Assembly: GCA_011171075.1 (NCBI GenBank)
Contig: DUFD01000045.1
Span: 4,835 to 68,834 of the forward strand
Reading direction: 5' to 3'
Length of the DNA stretch: 64,000 nucleotides
DNA from: Dehalococcoidia bacterium
Lineage (GTDB): Bacteria; Chloroflexota; Dehalococcoidia; Dehalococcoidales; Fen-1064
Shown here: one piece after another, positions 54,622 to 63,410 of the stretch
How the letters are laid out: each line of letters opens with the position of its first letter
Position numbering within the stretch: position 1 is the stretch's first letter
The notes under the pieces: model-generated
Databases searched by the model: none
The model's input: the letters and a program-made list of their open reading frames with translations, nothing else
Told to the model about the DNA's origin: nothing
Program-made: the position numbers and the translations under genes

Positions 54622-55067
54622 ATCTGAGTCGCCAATATTCGTTTGCAGAAATAATCATAAATCAGGATATGCCTAATTGGATAGAGAAGCCCTTACTCCC
54701 CCTCCACCTGCCCCGCTAGAACAAATGCTCTGGGGAAATGGCCATGTCTGGCTAATAACTTTGTAGTTAACGGCACTATCGAATTTGCAGTTAATTCAGA
54801 CTAGAATCGACCCCTCTGTGGAGCCCCATCTGGCGCGTGTGGCCAGTTTTCCACGGTATATGCCTCTTATAACCTTAGATACGGCACACTCTATCTGGAA
54901 ATAAGCTGTTCGTAGATACGATCATGTACTGACGTTTATAAAATGTCGATTTTTAATTAAATTGACCCAAGTAGTGATATATAGAGCTTTTAAACGCGGG
55001 TAGGAGAACGGTTAGTTTGAAACTTTTCGAGCCCTGGAAATTATCAGCTAGTTTTACGTAGGGTGTA

Positions 55068-55097
55068 TTATGCCCCCGATATCTCCTTGTGCCTGAG
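55068..55097 (-). repeat. orphan copy of the kinase-gene 3' terminus (R1-C; reads LRHKEISGA-stop)
   Basis: 25 of 30 nt match 43323-43352, with frame and stop preserved. Lies downstream of the MFS gene, next to a 9-bp-stem hairpin (55096-55122). Confidence 0.75.
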
Positions 55098-55182
55098 TAT
55101 CTTATCTGAAGATTAAGATACTTAATATTCCTGTTCTTAATGGTTTTATCCTGCGTAGAGGCAAATAGGGAGAATAATTCGA

Positions 55183-56625
55183 CTATTTCTCTTTCTTTCC
55201 CAAGCATAATGCCGGCAATATCCCAGCAAAGCATATTCCCATTGAAACTAGAAAAAAGTCGTGAAACAGATTTAGGGCCAGGTTGATGACTTCCTCCGGA
55301 GCGGATATCATTTCTGATAGTGACAAACCGGCAGTCAGGCCATAAAAACGTCCTACCCCCCATGATGTTAATGCTGAAAGCCCAATTATCATCCCTATCA
55401 TACGCATAATTACCACCAATGATGAAGCGATCCCTCTTTGATTCTCTCCGACTGATTCAATAACGGCTGTAGCAAGTGGCGCAACAACAAGGCCAAATCC
55501 AAGACCACAAACAACTAAATGGAGTGTCATCTCCGGATCGGCAATTTGAAGATTCCAGCGGCTCAGAAAGAAGAAACCAACGCCACTCAAGACCAATCCA
55601 AGTATCGTCGGTATGCGATAACCAAATTGACGACATAGAAACCCGCCAATAACAGCACCGACACCGATCATGGCTGTAAGTCGGAATAACCTCAACCCAC
55701 CTTCTAAAGGTGATGAGCCCAGAATTGTCTCGCTCATGAGGGGCACATTTACCAAGGCCATAATCAAAGCCCCCCCGACGAACAAATTGGTTATGTTGGC
55801 GCTACTGAATTTAACATTCCTAAACATATTGAGAGTGACTAGAGGCTGGGGAAATTTCATCTCCCGAAATATAAAAAGGATGAAAAAGAACACTGACCCA
55901 ATCCATAAGGAAGTAGCATAGGCTACAAAATGTGATTGCTCTGATCTTTGGTACAGAGCTAAGCTGACCAGGACAAGTCCAATAGCGAGTAAAATTCCAC
56001 CAAGGTAATCAATCCTGACTCGACTCCTAGGGCTGGGACTCAGAATAAAGAGGATGAAAAGGATGGCTATTAGACTAACGGGTAAGTTTATCCAAAATAT
56101 CCAGCGCCAATCGAGGATTTCTACTATACCACCACCATAGAAGGGTCCGAGTGCAGCTCCACCCTCTACTACCCCGCCGATAATTCCCAAGGGAACAGCC
56201 CTTCTCCCCTCAGGGAAAATATCACCAACAATTGCCATAGCTATGGGTACCACCGCACCGCCACCAATGGCTTGTAACACCCGTGCGGCAACTATCCATT
56301 CAAAGTTAGGTGCCAAGGCTACGAAGATTGATCCAATTGTGAAAAGCACTAAAGACAAGATATAGATTTGATAGTGACCGTATACGTCTGAAACTCGAGC
56401 CATTAACGGCATGGCAAAGGTATAACCTATTAGATATCCAATGACAATCCATGCCGCTCGATCTAACTCTAGCACGGTAATACTAAGGTCTGGCATCATA
56501 TCAGCTAGAGCACCATATATCACCGTCTGATCAAGGGCACCGAAGAAAATACCAATACATACAATGACCAGAATCAAGGATGGAGATGTATTGCGGTGTA
56601 AGGGTTTTTTAAGGATGACCTGCAT
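55183..56625 (-). CDS. MFS drug/lipid exporter (DHA2-like, about 14 TMS)
   Basis: 480 aa with many TM helices and 'ARVSDVYG'-type motif A. Immediately downstream of the LprG-like lipoprotein gene. Confidence 0.85.
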   Translation of the reverse strand: MQVILKKPLHRNTSPSLILVIVCIGIFFGALDQTVIYGALADMMPDLSITVLELDRAAWIVIGYLIGYTFAMPLMARVSDVYGHYQIYILSLVLFTIGSIFVALAPNFEWIVAARVLQAIGGGAVVPIAMAIVGDIFPEGRRAVPLGIIGGVVEGGAALGPFYGGGIVEILDWRWIFWINLPVSLIAILFILFILSPSPRSRVRIDYLGGILLAIGLVLVSLALYQRSEQSHFVAYATSLWIGSVFFFILFIFREMKFPQPLVTLNMFRNVKFSSANITNLFVGGALIMALVNVPLMSETILGSSPLEGGLRLFRLTAMIGVGAVIGGFLCRQFGYRIPTILGLVLSGVGFFFLSRWNLQIADPEMTLHLVVCGLGFGLVVAPLATAVIESVGENQRGIASSLVVIMRMIGMIIGLSALTSWGVGRFYGLTAGLSLSEMISAPEEVINLALNLFHDFFLVSMGICFAGILPALCLGKKEK

Positions 56626-56634
56626 TATCTACCC

Positions 56635-57342
56635 TTAATTTGGAAGGTTGATTTCCACTTCTTGATTAAAGCTAGATAACTTTATTTCTCTTACAATCCC
56701 CGGTATCTCATCCTCGGTAATCTTGCCCTCAAGCCTTACCTGGTGAAGTAAGAATTCGTCTTGGTCAATCCAAATTTCAATGTCGATCCTAGTACCTACT
56801 AAGGAGCTCAAGGTAATTGGCTGTAAATCCTCAGAGAAAATTTCTCCTGTAATATGATAGCAAGTAATGCCATCGACAGATTCATCTTCGACTAGGTTAA
56901 TACCTGAGATGCTATCCAAAATCGCAGTTATACCAGTACCCGGATCAAAGAGGCTAACAGCAGTGAACTCGCTAGGTAGAAGTTCCCATTCCTTGGTAAA
57001 AGGATTTGTCATATATGTTGTTGTTCCAACAGTTATGACACTGACCTCAAGAAGCATTCCAGCTACAGTTGCTGTGATTGTCGTTTTTAGTTTATCCGGT
57101 CGGGATACATCACCAGTGGCCCTGTTTAGTTCTAAACCTTCAGATATAGGCGTCCCACCACCGGCTTGCTCAAGTTCGAAGTGAAAGGCGCTGACTGTTC
57201 CCATCCTCTCCACCGAGTTATGAACTACCTGCGCTGCAGTTAATGACGATTGCGGAGGAGATGCTGTCTTACAAGCCACGATTGAAGTTCCTGACACAAC
57301 GATAAGTGCCGTAACCATTACTAGCGTTAGTCTGTTCTTCAT
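56635..57342 (-). CDS. LppX/LprAFG-family (LprG-like) lipoprotein
   Basis: 235 aa. Signal plus lipobox-like 'SIVACK'. Size and beta-rich sequence are consistent with the LppX_LprAFG fold. Paired with an MFS gene as in the mycobacterial lprG-p55 operon. Confidence 0.6.
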   Translation of the reverse strand: MKNRLTLVMVTALIVVSGTSIVACKTASPPQSSLTAAQVVHNSVERMGTVSAFHFELEQAGGGTPISEGLELNRATGDVSRPDKLKTTITATVAGMLLEVSVITVGTTTYMTNPFTKEWELLPSEFTAVSLFDPGTGITAILDSISGINLVEDESVDGITCYHITGEIFSEDLQPITLSSLVGTRIDIEIWIDQDEFLLHQVRLEGKITEDEIPGIVREIKLSSFNQEVEINLPN

Positions 57343-57428
57343 TCGGCCTTACCTCTCACCTGACAATTTGGACATAGCATCTAGAGCTGGGTACCATAAT
57401 CTGAACAGAACTCTGCCCTTTCAAGGTT

Positions 57429-57517
57429 CTATGTTTGAAAGCTCGGACACTTCATGACTCGCTCGAAAGCACGGGTTCAGTGCCCACAGTCTAGAAGTAA
57501 AATAAAGTGATGTCAAG
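57429..57517 (-). pseudogene. 5' remnant of a kinase-STAND paralogue (promoter, leader, MKCP, then a stop after 8 codons)
   Basis: 57441-57517 matches 47121-47197 at 59 of 77 nt (hand count). This includes TTGACA-17-TAGACT (57488-57516) and the start codon. The remnant ORF reads MKCPSFQT-stop. Confidence 0.75.
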
Positions 57518-57644
57518 AGATGAAAGGGTTACTAAACAAGTATCGGGATGCATGATCGCACTGTACTATGTCAATTTAATTGATAAAAGGGCCATTAGCG
57601 TTGTCCCTAACGAGAACTAGTGACAGAGAATCATTAACTAGGAG

Positions 57645-58322
57645 CTATGAGCTCTTTCTTCCCACCCAGGCTTCGGCAGGCACTTTAGTCTGAGATTCGT
57701 TTAGTATCAAGTAAATCACTGCACTTATTAGAGCCGCAAAGAAGCACCAAATAGATGTTAAATATTGTGCAAAAAATATTCCCGTGACAACGCATGATAC
57801 CGCTATTAGAGTACCAAACAACCACATCCGCCTGATGGACGAGATAAAAAGAGGCGTGATAGTTGAAACCAGGTAGAATATAAATACGATATCTACAAGG
57901 GTTTTAGGAAATTCATCAACATACTTTATATGGAAGCCGTTTATCTGCGGGGTGACATCATAAAAAGCCAGACAGATAGCATAAAATAGTGACACGATAC
58001 CGCCTGTCACTATTAGGCCGGCCAGGATTTTCTTCCTCTTTTTTACCTCCTCCATAAACCACATGGATAGTGGTATCAATACAGGCCAGATAACCAGTGC
58101 TGTTATTAAGAAGATATATGTGGCAACATACTGAAGCCAGTCATACCCACTCGCTCTCAGTGTGACCCATAGTACGCCCTCGGCGAACTGCTGGAAACCA
58201 AACAAGAGCGGTATTCCCGCAAAAAGTCTCTGTGTTGGCTTTCCGACTTTCCTCACGGTAGCAATGCCAACTGCAGATATTACAACGCCTCCTGCAAAAC
58301 TAGCTCCAGCCGAAAAACACAT
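57645..58322 (-). CDS. hypothetical polytopic membrane protein
   Basis: 225 aa with about 6 predicted hydrophobic helices and no recognisable motif. In an AT-rich context. Confidence 0.5.
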   Translation of the reverse strand: MCFSAGASFAGGVVISAVGIATVRKVGKPTQRLFAGIPLLFGFQQFAEGVLWVTLRASGYDWLQYVATYIFLITALVIWPVLIPLSMWFMEEVKKRKKILAGLIVTGGIVSLFYAICLAFYDVTPQINGFHIKYVDEFPKTLVDIVFIFYLVSTITPLFISSIRRMWLFGTLIAVSCVVTGIFFAQYLTSIWCFFAALISAVIYLILNESQTKVPAEAWVGRKSS

Positions 58323-58691
58323 TGATACCTTCCGGTTTTTAAATAATGCTAAACCTCCTAATACAGTAGCACTAATAACTATTTTGTCAACGGGTAATAA
58401 TCAGATAACAGGTTATCTAAAAAGTCCCTTTGCACTTTCGTATTTTCTCTAGGACATTTGCTCGGCCTGCACCTATAATAATCCGGATGACAAAGAGCCA
58501 TCTAGTATTATTCCGAGATAAACAAATATCGGGATGTTTGACCCAGTGGTAGCGGTATGAAAACCTTTGAAATCCATGATGCATTACTGCGTATTTAAAC
58601 CGATCATAAGATCATGAGCTGATGTAATGTCGGTGTGAGTCTCTTTTTCAACATCAAGTCGGATTGCTTCCAATATGGTCTACCAACTAAT

Positions 58692-58728
58692 AAATCAAGA
58701 GGGGGCTTTCGAAACCCCCTCTTGATTT
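58692..58728 (-). terminator. rho-independent terminator-like hairpin downstream of the acyl-CoA dehydrogenase pair
   Basis: 'AAATCAAGAGGGGG-CTTTCGAAA-CCCCCTCTTGATTT': a 14-bp perfect stem flanked by A/T-rich runs on both strands. Confidence 0.7.
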
Positions 58729-58797
58729 GTTAGCCAGTAAAGTCCCTGTCTCGGACTCTACGTGCGTTCGGATCGAGATAGTACAGGATAGGATTAA

Positions 58798-59940
58798 CTA
58801 GAGTTCTAGCACCTCAGCTATACGCCTGCGATGATGGTATGGGTCACCCAGGAAAGAATACAGCGTCTTGGCTTTCTTCGAGTAAAGATAGAGTGGGTAC
58901 TTTTTATCAACACCTACTCCGGCATGGACTTCATGTCCCAGATGACCGCACTCATGGAAAGCCTCGCTGGATACAGCCTTTGCCAATGACGTCGCCTCGT
59001 CTTGCTCATGTTGGGGTCTACCGACATCCAGTTTCCACATTGCCTCATAGGTGAGCCAGCGTGCCTTCTCCAGATGATTAGCCTGGCCGATGATGTAACT
59101 CTGCACCCATTGGAAAGCAGCAATTGGTTGACCAAACTGTATTCTGGTCTGGGCGTACTCAACTGTCATATCCAGCAGATGCTGGCAACCTCCTACCATG
59201 TACGCACACAGAATCACTGTAGCCCTGTTCAGAGGTTCCCTCAAAGCCAGCCAGCTGCCGTCTACCTTCCCGAGTACGTTGGACGCTGGGACTTCGACGT
59301 CTTTAAAGCTGACCTCATACAGCTTCTCACCCAGGTGGCCGGAAAGATTGCGACAGGTCAGTCCGGGAGAATTTCTGTCAACCAGGAACAGAGTAATTCC
59401 GTCGGCACGGTCGCTGCTCTCTTTCGTCCGGGCAACACAGATTAGCTGGTCGGCGATCCGCGCATCATGTACAAACATCTTTATCCCGTTGAGGACAAAG
59501 CTACCATTCTTCTGTTTTGCCGATAAGTGGATGCACTCTGGCGTCCAGCCATAGTCCAACTCGGTGAGGGCCAGCGCAAGAATAATCTCTCCACTCGCGA
59601 TGGCTGGAAGTAACCGCTGCTTTTGCTCCTCACTGCCGATGGCAAGGATGATTGAACCACAAAGCACAGCCGAGGAGAAGTGTGGGCCAGGCAACAGGGC
59701 TTGCCCCATCTCCTCATAGATCACGGCTAAATCAGTCAGGCTGCTACCCATGCCTCCGTGTTCTTCCGGGAGTATCATTCCCAGCCAACCAAGGTCGGCT
59801 ATCTTACGCCAGAGGTCTTCCGAGAACCCGGTATCAGTCTCGTCGATCTCTTTCACCAGTGTCCAAGGGCATTCTCTCTTCATGAAATCCCGGGCAGTCG
59901 TCCTGAGCATTTCTTGTGTTTCCGTTAAAGACAAATCCAT
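58798..59940 (-). CDS. acyl-CoA dehydrogenase family protein
   Basis: 380 aa with the three-domain ACAD layout ('LGWLGMILPEEHGG', 'GSFVLNGIKMFV'). Confidence 0.85.
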   Translation of the reverse strand: MDLSLTETQEMLRTTARDFMKRECPWTLVKEIDETDTGFSEDLWRKIADLGWLGMILPEEHGGMGSSLTDLAVIYEEMGQALLPGPHFSSAVLCGSIILAIGSEEQKQRLLPAIASGEIILALALTELDYGWTPECIHLSAKQKNGSFVLNGIKMFVHDARIADQLICVARTKESSDRADGITLFLVDRNSPGLTCRNLSGHLGEKLYEVSFKDVEVPASNVLGKVDGSWLALREPLNRATVILCAYMVGGCQHLLDMTVEYAQTRIQFGQPIAAFQWVQSYIIGQANHLEKARWLTYEAMWKLDVGRPQHEQDEATSLAKAVSSEAFHECGHLGHEVHAGVGVDKKYPLYLYSKKAKTLYSFLGDPYHHRRRIAEVLEL

Positions 59941-59981
59941 TATCTTACCCTCCTCTAGGAGTCTGCATTCTTATTCACCAA

Positions 59982-61214
59982 TTATCTGGCGGCTTGTCTC
60001 GCACCACGGCCCAGACCCAGACCACGCGACATCATGATTTGCTGTGTCTCCGGTGTGCCACCGATATGGGTGACATCAGCCAGCCGGACCTGGTGTTCCA
60101 CTTCACCAACCAAGATTTTTAACTCGGGGTCGTCAATCAGACAATGCGGCCCTAGGATTTCCATGAATATCTTACCCATTTCGGGAGAGTGACGCTTGTT
60201 GTGGAGAGAGGTTTGTGTGCCGGTGTAGCGTACCCTCGGTATCTGACCTGAAGCCATGGCGAGGTTACGCAGCCCCCAGAGCCGGGTTATCTGGTCTTCG
60301 ATATAGAGGTGTACCAGTAAGTCCTGAATCCTCGGGTCACGGCTTATCGGTTGGCCGTTCCGTTTTGTGTTTTTGCAATAGTCAATAAATCTCAGGCTCA
60401 ATGAACTCAGATGGGGGGCAACCACACCTCCTCCACCGTGCTCGGCGGCCAGGGTTGCCTGAGTTACCAGCCACCCCTTGTTTTCCTCACCGATAAGGCG
60501 GTCGGCAGGACATTGAACGTCCTCACAGGTGACCTCCCACTTGCTGCCTTCGGCAGCGATGAGCTCCAGGGGCGTATAGGTAATACCCGGCAGGTCTCCT
60601 GGGACGAAGAAGGCACTGATGTTCTCGTGGCGGGGTGCCTTGGGGTCGGTGACTGCCGGCCAGTAAAGGTAATCGGGATGAATTGGCGGCGGACTGTGAC
60701 CAACGAAGACCTTTGTGCCGTTGATGACGTAGACATCACCCTTACGGACGGCGGTGCTCTTCATTGAGGCCTCATCTGTCCCGGCATCGGGTTCGGTAAA
60801 AGCCTGGAACCCGTACCACTCTCCCTTCAACAGATGGGGCAGAAGCCTCTTTTTCTGGTCCTCAGTACCATAAGACATCAAACCGCTGGAATGTATTGCC
60901 GAGACTTCCGTGGAGCCAGCCGATGCTATCGGCCAGCGGCGTTCCAGCCTTATCTTGGCAAACTCCTCAGCAAGCACGGCACGGTGCTCGCGGTCCAGAC
61001 CGCCACCACCATACTCCTTGGCGTAGCCAGGTGCGTACCACCCCTTGGCACCGAGTTTGCGCTGAATCTCCCGACCTTTGTTCCACATCTCGGGAGGTAT
61101 CTTCATCGGGTCGACCACTTCCAGAGGTTCTTTGTAGGCGTTTTCTTCGATGAAAGCCCGTACCTCCTTGCGAAATTCTTCCTGTCCTGCGGTGTAATGT
61201 AACTCAAAGTCCAT
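59982..61214 (-). CDS. acyl-CoA dehydrogenase family protein
   Basis: 410 aa with the ACAD layout ('AFTEPDAGTD', 'YVINGTKVFVG'). Confidence 0.85.
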   Translation of the reverse strand: MDFELHYTAGQEEFRKEVRAFIEENAYKEPLEVVDPMKIPPEMWNKGREIQRKLGAKGWYAPGYAKEYGGGGLDREHRAVLAEEFAKIRLERRWPIASAGSTEVSAIHSSGLMSYGTEDQKKRLLPHLLKGEWYGFQAFTEPDAGTDEASMKSTAVRKGDVYVINGTKVFVGHSPPPIHPDYLYWPAVTDPKAPRHENISAFFVPGDLPGITYTPLELIAAEGSKWEVTCEDVQCPADRLIGEENKGWLVTQATLAAEHGGGGVVAPHLSSLSLRFIDYCKNTKRNGQPISRDPRIQDLLVHLYIEDQITRLWGLRNLAMASGQIPRVRYTGTQTSLHNKRHSPEMGKIFMEILGPHCLIDDPELKILVGEVEHQVRLADVTHIGGTPETQQIMMSRGLGLGRGARQAAR

Positions 61215-61689
61215 ACCAAAATACCTCCTTGTTATTCTCTGTTATCAGTCTCGCCAAGCTCTATATTCCCCGATATAAAAACCTGCTTTGCAATCTTAGT
61301 ACCACGCTTCACCACTGTCAAGCTTGCTGGATACACTGAATATTTTTCTTTTTAATGAATGTATAGGATACTTACTATACAGGCTACTGAGTTGAATGAC
61401 GTGTGAACTCATCGCTAGATTTTTAATTTAGCGTGGTTTATCTACCAGAGTGTTTACGCTGGTGTGGGTGGGGGGAGTAAAGACCCTAGAAACTCCTTAC
61501 GCCTCAAAACACGCTCGAGAGACAGCCGCTTCTTCATATTGCTTGACTCTCATATTGACACGAGTATTATAATTAGCGCACAAATTAATTAGGATATATT
61601 CTACTATTCTGACAAATTTTTAAAAATCCGATCCTTAGTGGATGTTAATCAGCTTGTCCTAATACTTTAGGAGAGGGAGATATCAGACA

Positions 61690-62460
61690 GTGAGTAAGAT
61701 TTGTACTGCGGGTGAGGCAATGGCCATAGTCGATGACGGCGACATGATTGCTGCTCACAATTGGGGTATATCCGGGAGTCCTGGATACCTGTTCCGTGCC
61801 TTAGTTGAGCGCGGTGTGAAAGACCTGACGCTTTGCATCCCCAACCTGATCCCATTACCAGAAGGATTCGTGGAAAGAGGATTGACTGACCCGACCATAC
61901 TTATACCCCAGTTGAAGAAGATAATTTCACCATTTATCGGTGCCCGTGGTATCCTGAGCAGCATCAGCGAAACATTCCTTAGCACTCTGGCCAAGGAGGG
62001 AAGGCTAGAGATTGAGACAAGCACCCATGGTATCCTTATGGAACGACTATATGCTGGTGCCATGGGACTTGGCGGTATCTATAGCCCGGTGGGTGTCGGC
62101 ACAATTATCGCAAAGAGTAAGGAGAAGCGTACTATCGACGGGGTTGGTTATATTTTTGAGAAGCCACTCCGCCCGGATGTTGGCCTGATAAAGGCCGATA
62201 AAGCAGATACATTAGGTAACCTGGTATACCGGGGCTCTGCGAGAGGCGCGAACCCGGTAATTGCCATGGCTTCAAAATATACCATTGTCGAGGTATTTGA
62301 TGTTGTTGAACCTGGAGAGCTGGAGCCGGAGATGATAGTAACCCCTGGGGTTTTTGTTGATCGTGTTGTGAGGATACCGGATGAAGATGTATATAGCGGG
62401 AAAAGGCGCCCTGAGTTAATGAAAATTTTAACCGAAGTCATGCTCGCTCGGGGGGGTTAG
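61690..62460 (+). CDS. 3-oxoacid/acyl CoA-transferase subunit A
   Basis: 256 aa with a GTG start after GGAGAGGGAG. 'GNLVYRGSARGANP' is the family I CoA-transferase alpha motif. Confidence 0.88.
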   Translation: MSKICTAGEAMAIVDDGDMIAAHNWGISGSPGYLFRALVERGVKDLTLCIPNLIPLPEGFVERGLTDPTILIPQLKKIISPFIGARGILSSISETFLSTLAKEGRLEIETSTHGILMERLYAGAMGLGGIYSPVGVGTIIAKSKEKRTIDGVGYIFEKPLRPDVGLIKADKADTLGNLVYRGSARGANPVIAMASKYTIVEVFDVVEPGELEPEMIVTPGVFVDRVVRIPDEDVYSGKRRPELMKILTEVMLARGG

Positions 62461-62492
62461 GTCGAAGCAGCTGCTACCGAAGGAGGTGAATT

Positions 62493-63158
62493 GTGAAAGA
62501 CAGACTGACTGAGGAGCTGCTTGCTATGAGGGCAGCTCAGGAGATTAGACCAGGTGATTACTGCAATGTGGGTGTTGGTCTTCCCCAACTCTGTGCCTCA
62601 CACGTGCCTACAGGTGCTATTGTGCAGGCTGAGAACGGTACACTGGGTTACGGTCCTCTGGTAGGTCTGGATAATGTGGACGAGATGGACCTTGATTTCA
62701 TAGATGCTGGTGGCAGTTTCTTTACCACTGCTCCCGGAATGGCTTTTTTTGATATTCTGACTTCATTTGTGATGATTAGAAGTGGTCGACTGAAGAGTTT
62801 CCTGGGCGGACTCCAGGTCTCAGAGAAGGGGGATCTGGCGATACACAGCCTCAGTAGCGTAGACAAATTCCCGCAAATTGGCGGCTCTATGGATCTCGCC
62901 TGGGGTGCGAAGCGACTGATTGTCCTCATGACCCACAACACCAAGGACGGAGTATCTAAGGTAGTGAAGAAGCTTACACTGCCCGTCAGTGCTAGGGCAT
63001 GTGTGGACCTTATTATTACCGACCTTGCCGTAATAGAGGTGACATCCAGTGGTTTGATGCTCAAGGAGTATGCCCCTGGGTGGACTCCGCATGAGGTCCA
63101 AGCACAGACTGACGCTCAACTTATTTTGGCTAATAATGTCAAAGAAATTGAGTTCTAG
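62493..63158 (+). CDS. 3-oxoacid/acyl CoA-transferase subunit B
   Basis: 221 aa with a GTG start after GAAGGAGGTG. 'AENGTLG' matches the catalytic-Glu motif (S-E-N-G type). Confidence 0.88.
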   Translation: MKDRLTEELLAMRAAQEIRPGDYCNVGVGLPQLCASHVPTGAIVQAENGTLGYGPLVGLDNVDEMDLDFIDAGGSFFTTAPGMAFFDILTSFVMIRSGRLKSFLGGLQVSEKGDLAIHSLSSVDKFPQIGGSMDLAWGAKRLIVLMTHNTKDGVSKVVKKLTLPVSARACVDLIITDLAVIEVTSSGLMLKEYAPGWTPHEVQAQTDAQLILANNVKEIEF

Positions 63159-63198
63159 CTAATTCTACGAGGCAGTGTGGGCATAACACTTATGCCAC

Positions 63199-63271
63199 CT
63201 ACGCCCCGAGTATCTCCTTATGCCTCAGTGCCCTCTCCAGCGAGGGCTGCATCTTCATCCCACGGAACTCA
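63199..63271 (-). pseudogene. 24-codon 3' remnant of another kinase-STAND paralogue (R1-D)
   Basis: 68 of 73 nt match 43323-43395. It reads 'EFRGMKMQPSLERALRHKEILGA-stop' against 'EFREMKMQPSLERALRHKEILGA-stop' in the intact gene. Homology ends abruptly at 63272. Confidence 0.85.
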
Positions 63272-63342
63272 GGTTGTTTGTCCGGTACTACGTTAAGCAC
63301 TTAATTGACTGTGTGTAGTAATCCAATAAAATAGTATTTTGT

Positions 63343-63406
63343 TTAGCTAAGCAACAGATGTCCGGAATATCACATTCTGGCTAACTGTCACTTAATGCTG
63401 ACTTTC
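63343..63406 (+). repeat. junction module copy T (shortened, weakest copy)
   Basis: 'TTAGCTAAGCAACAGATG' against the reverse complement of R, 'TTAGCTAAATAACAGATG'. 'TTAATGCTGACTTTC' against 'TTAAGCTGACATTC'. The tRNA-like middle part is missing. Confidence 0.45.
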
Positions 63407-63410
63407 AGGC

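Noticed and set aside
54953-55363. 136-aa minus-strand ORF
   Set aside because: It overlaps the 3' end of the MFS gene in another frame and extends into AT-rich non-coding DNA. It has no motif.
61543-61578. TTGACT ... TATAAT promoter for the CoA-transferase operon
   Set aside because: The spacer counts to 19 nt, which is suboptimal. Several alternative hexamers exist in this AT-rich 475-nt region, so I did not call it.
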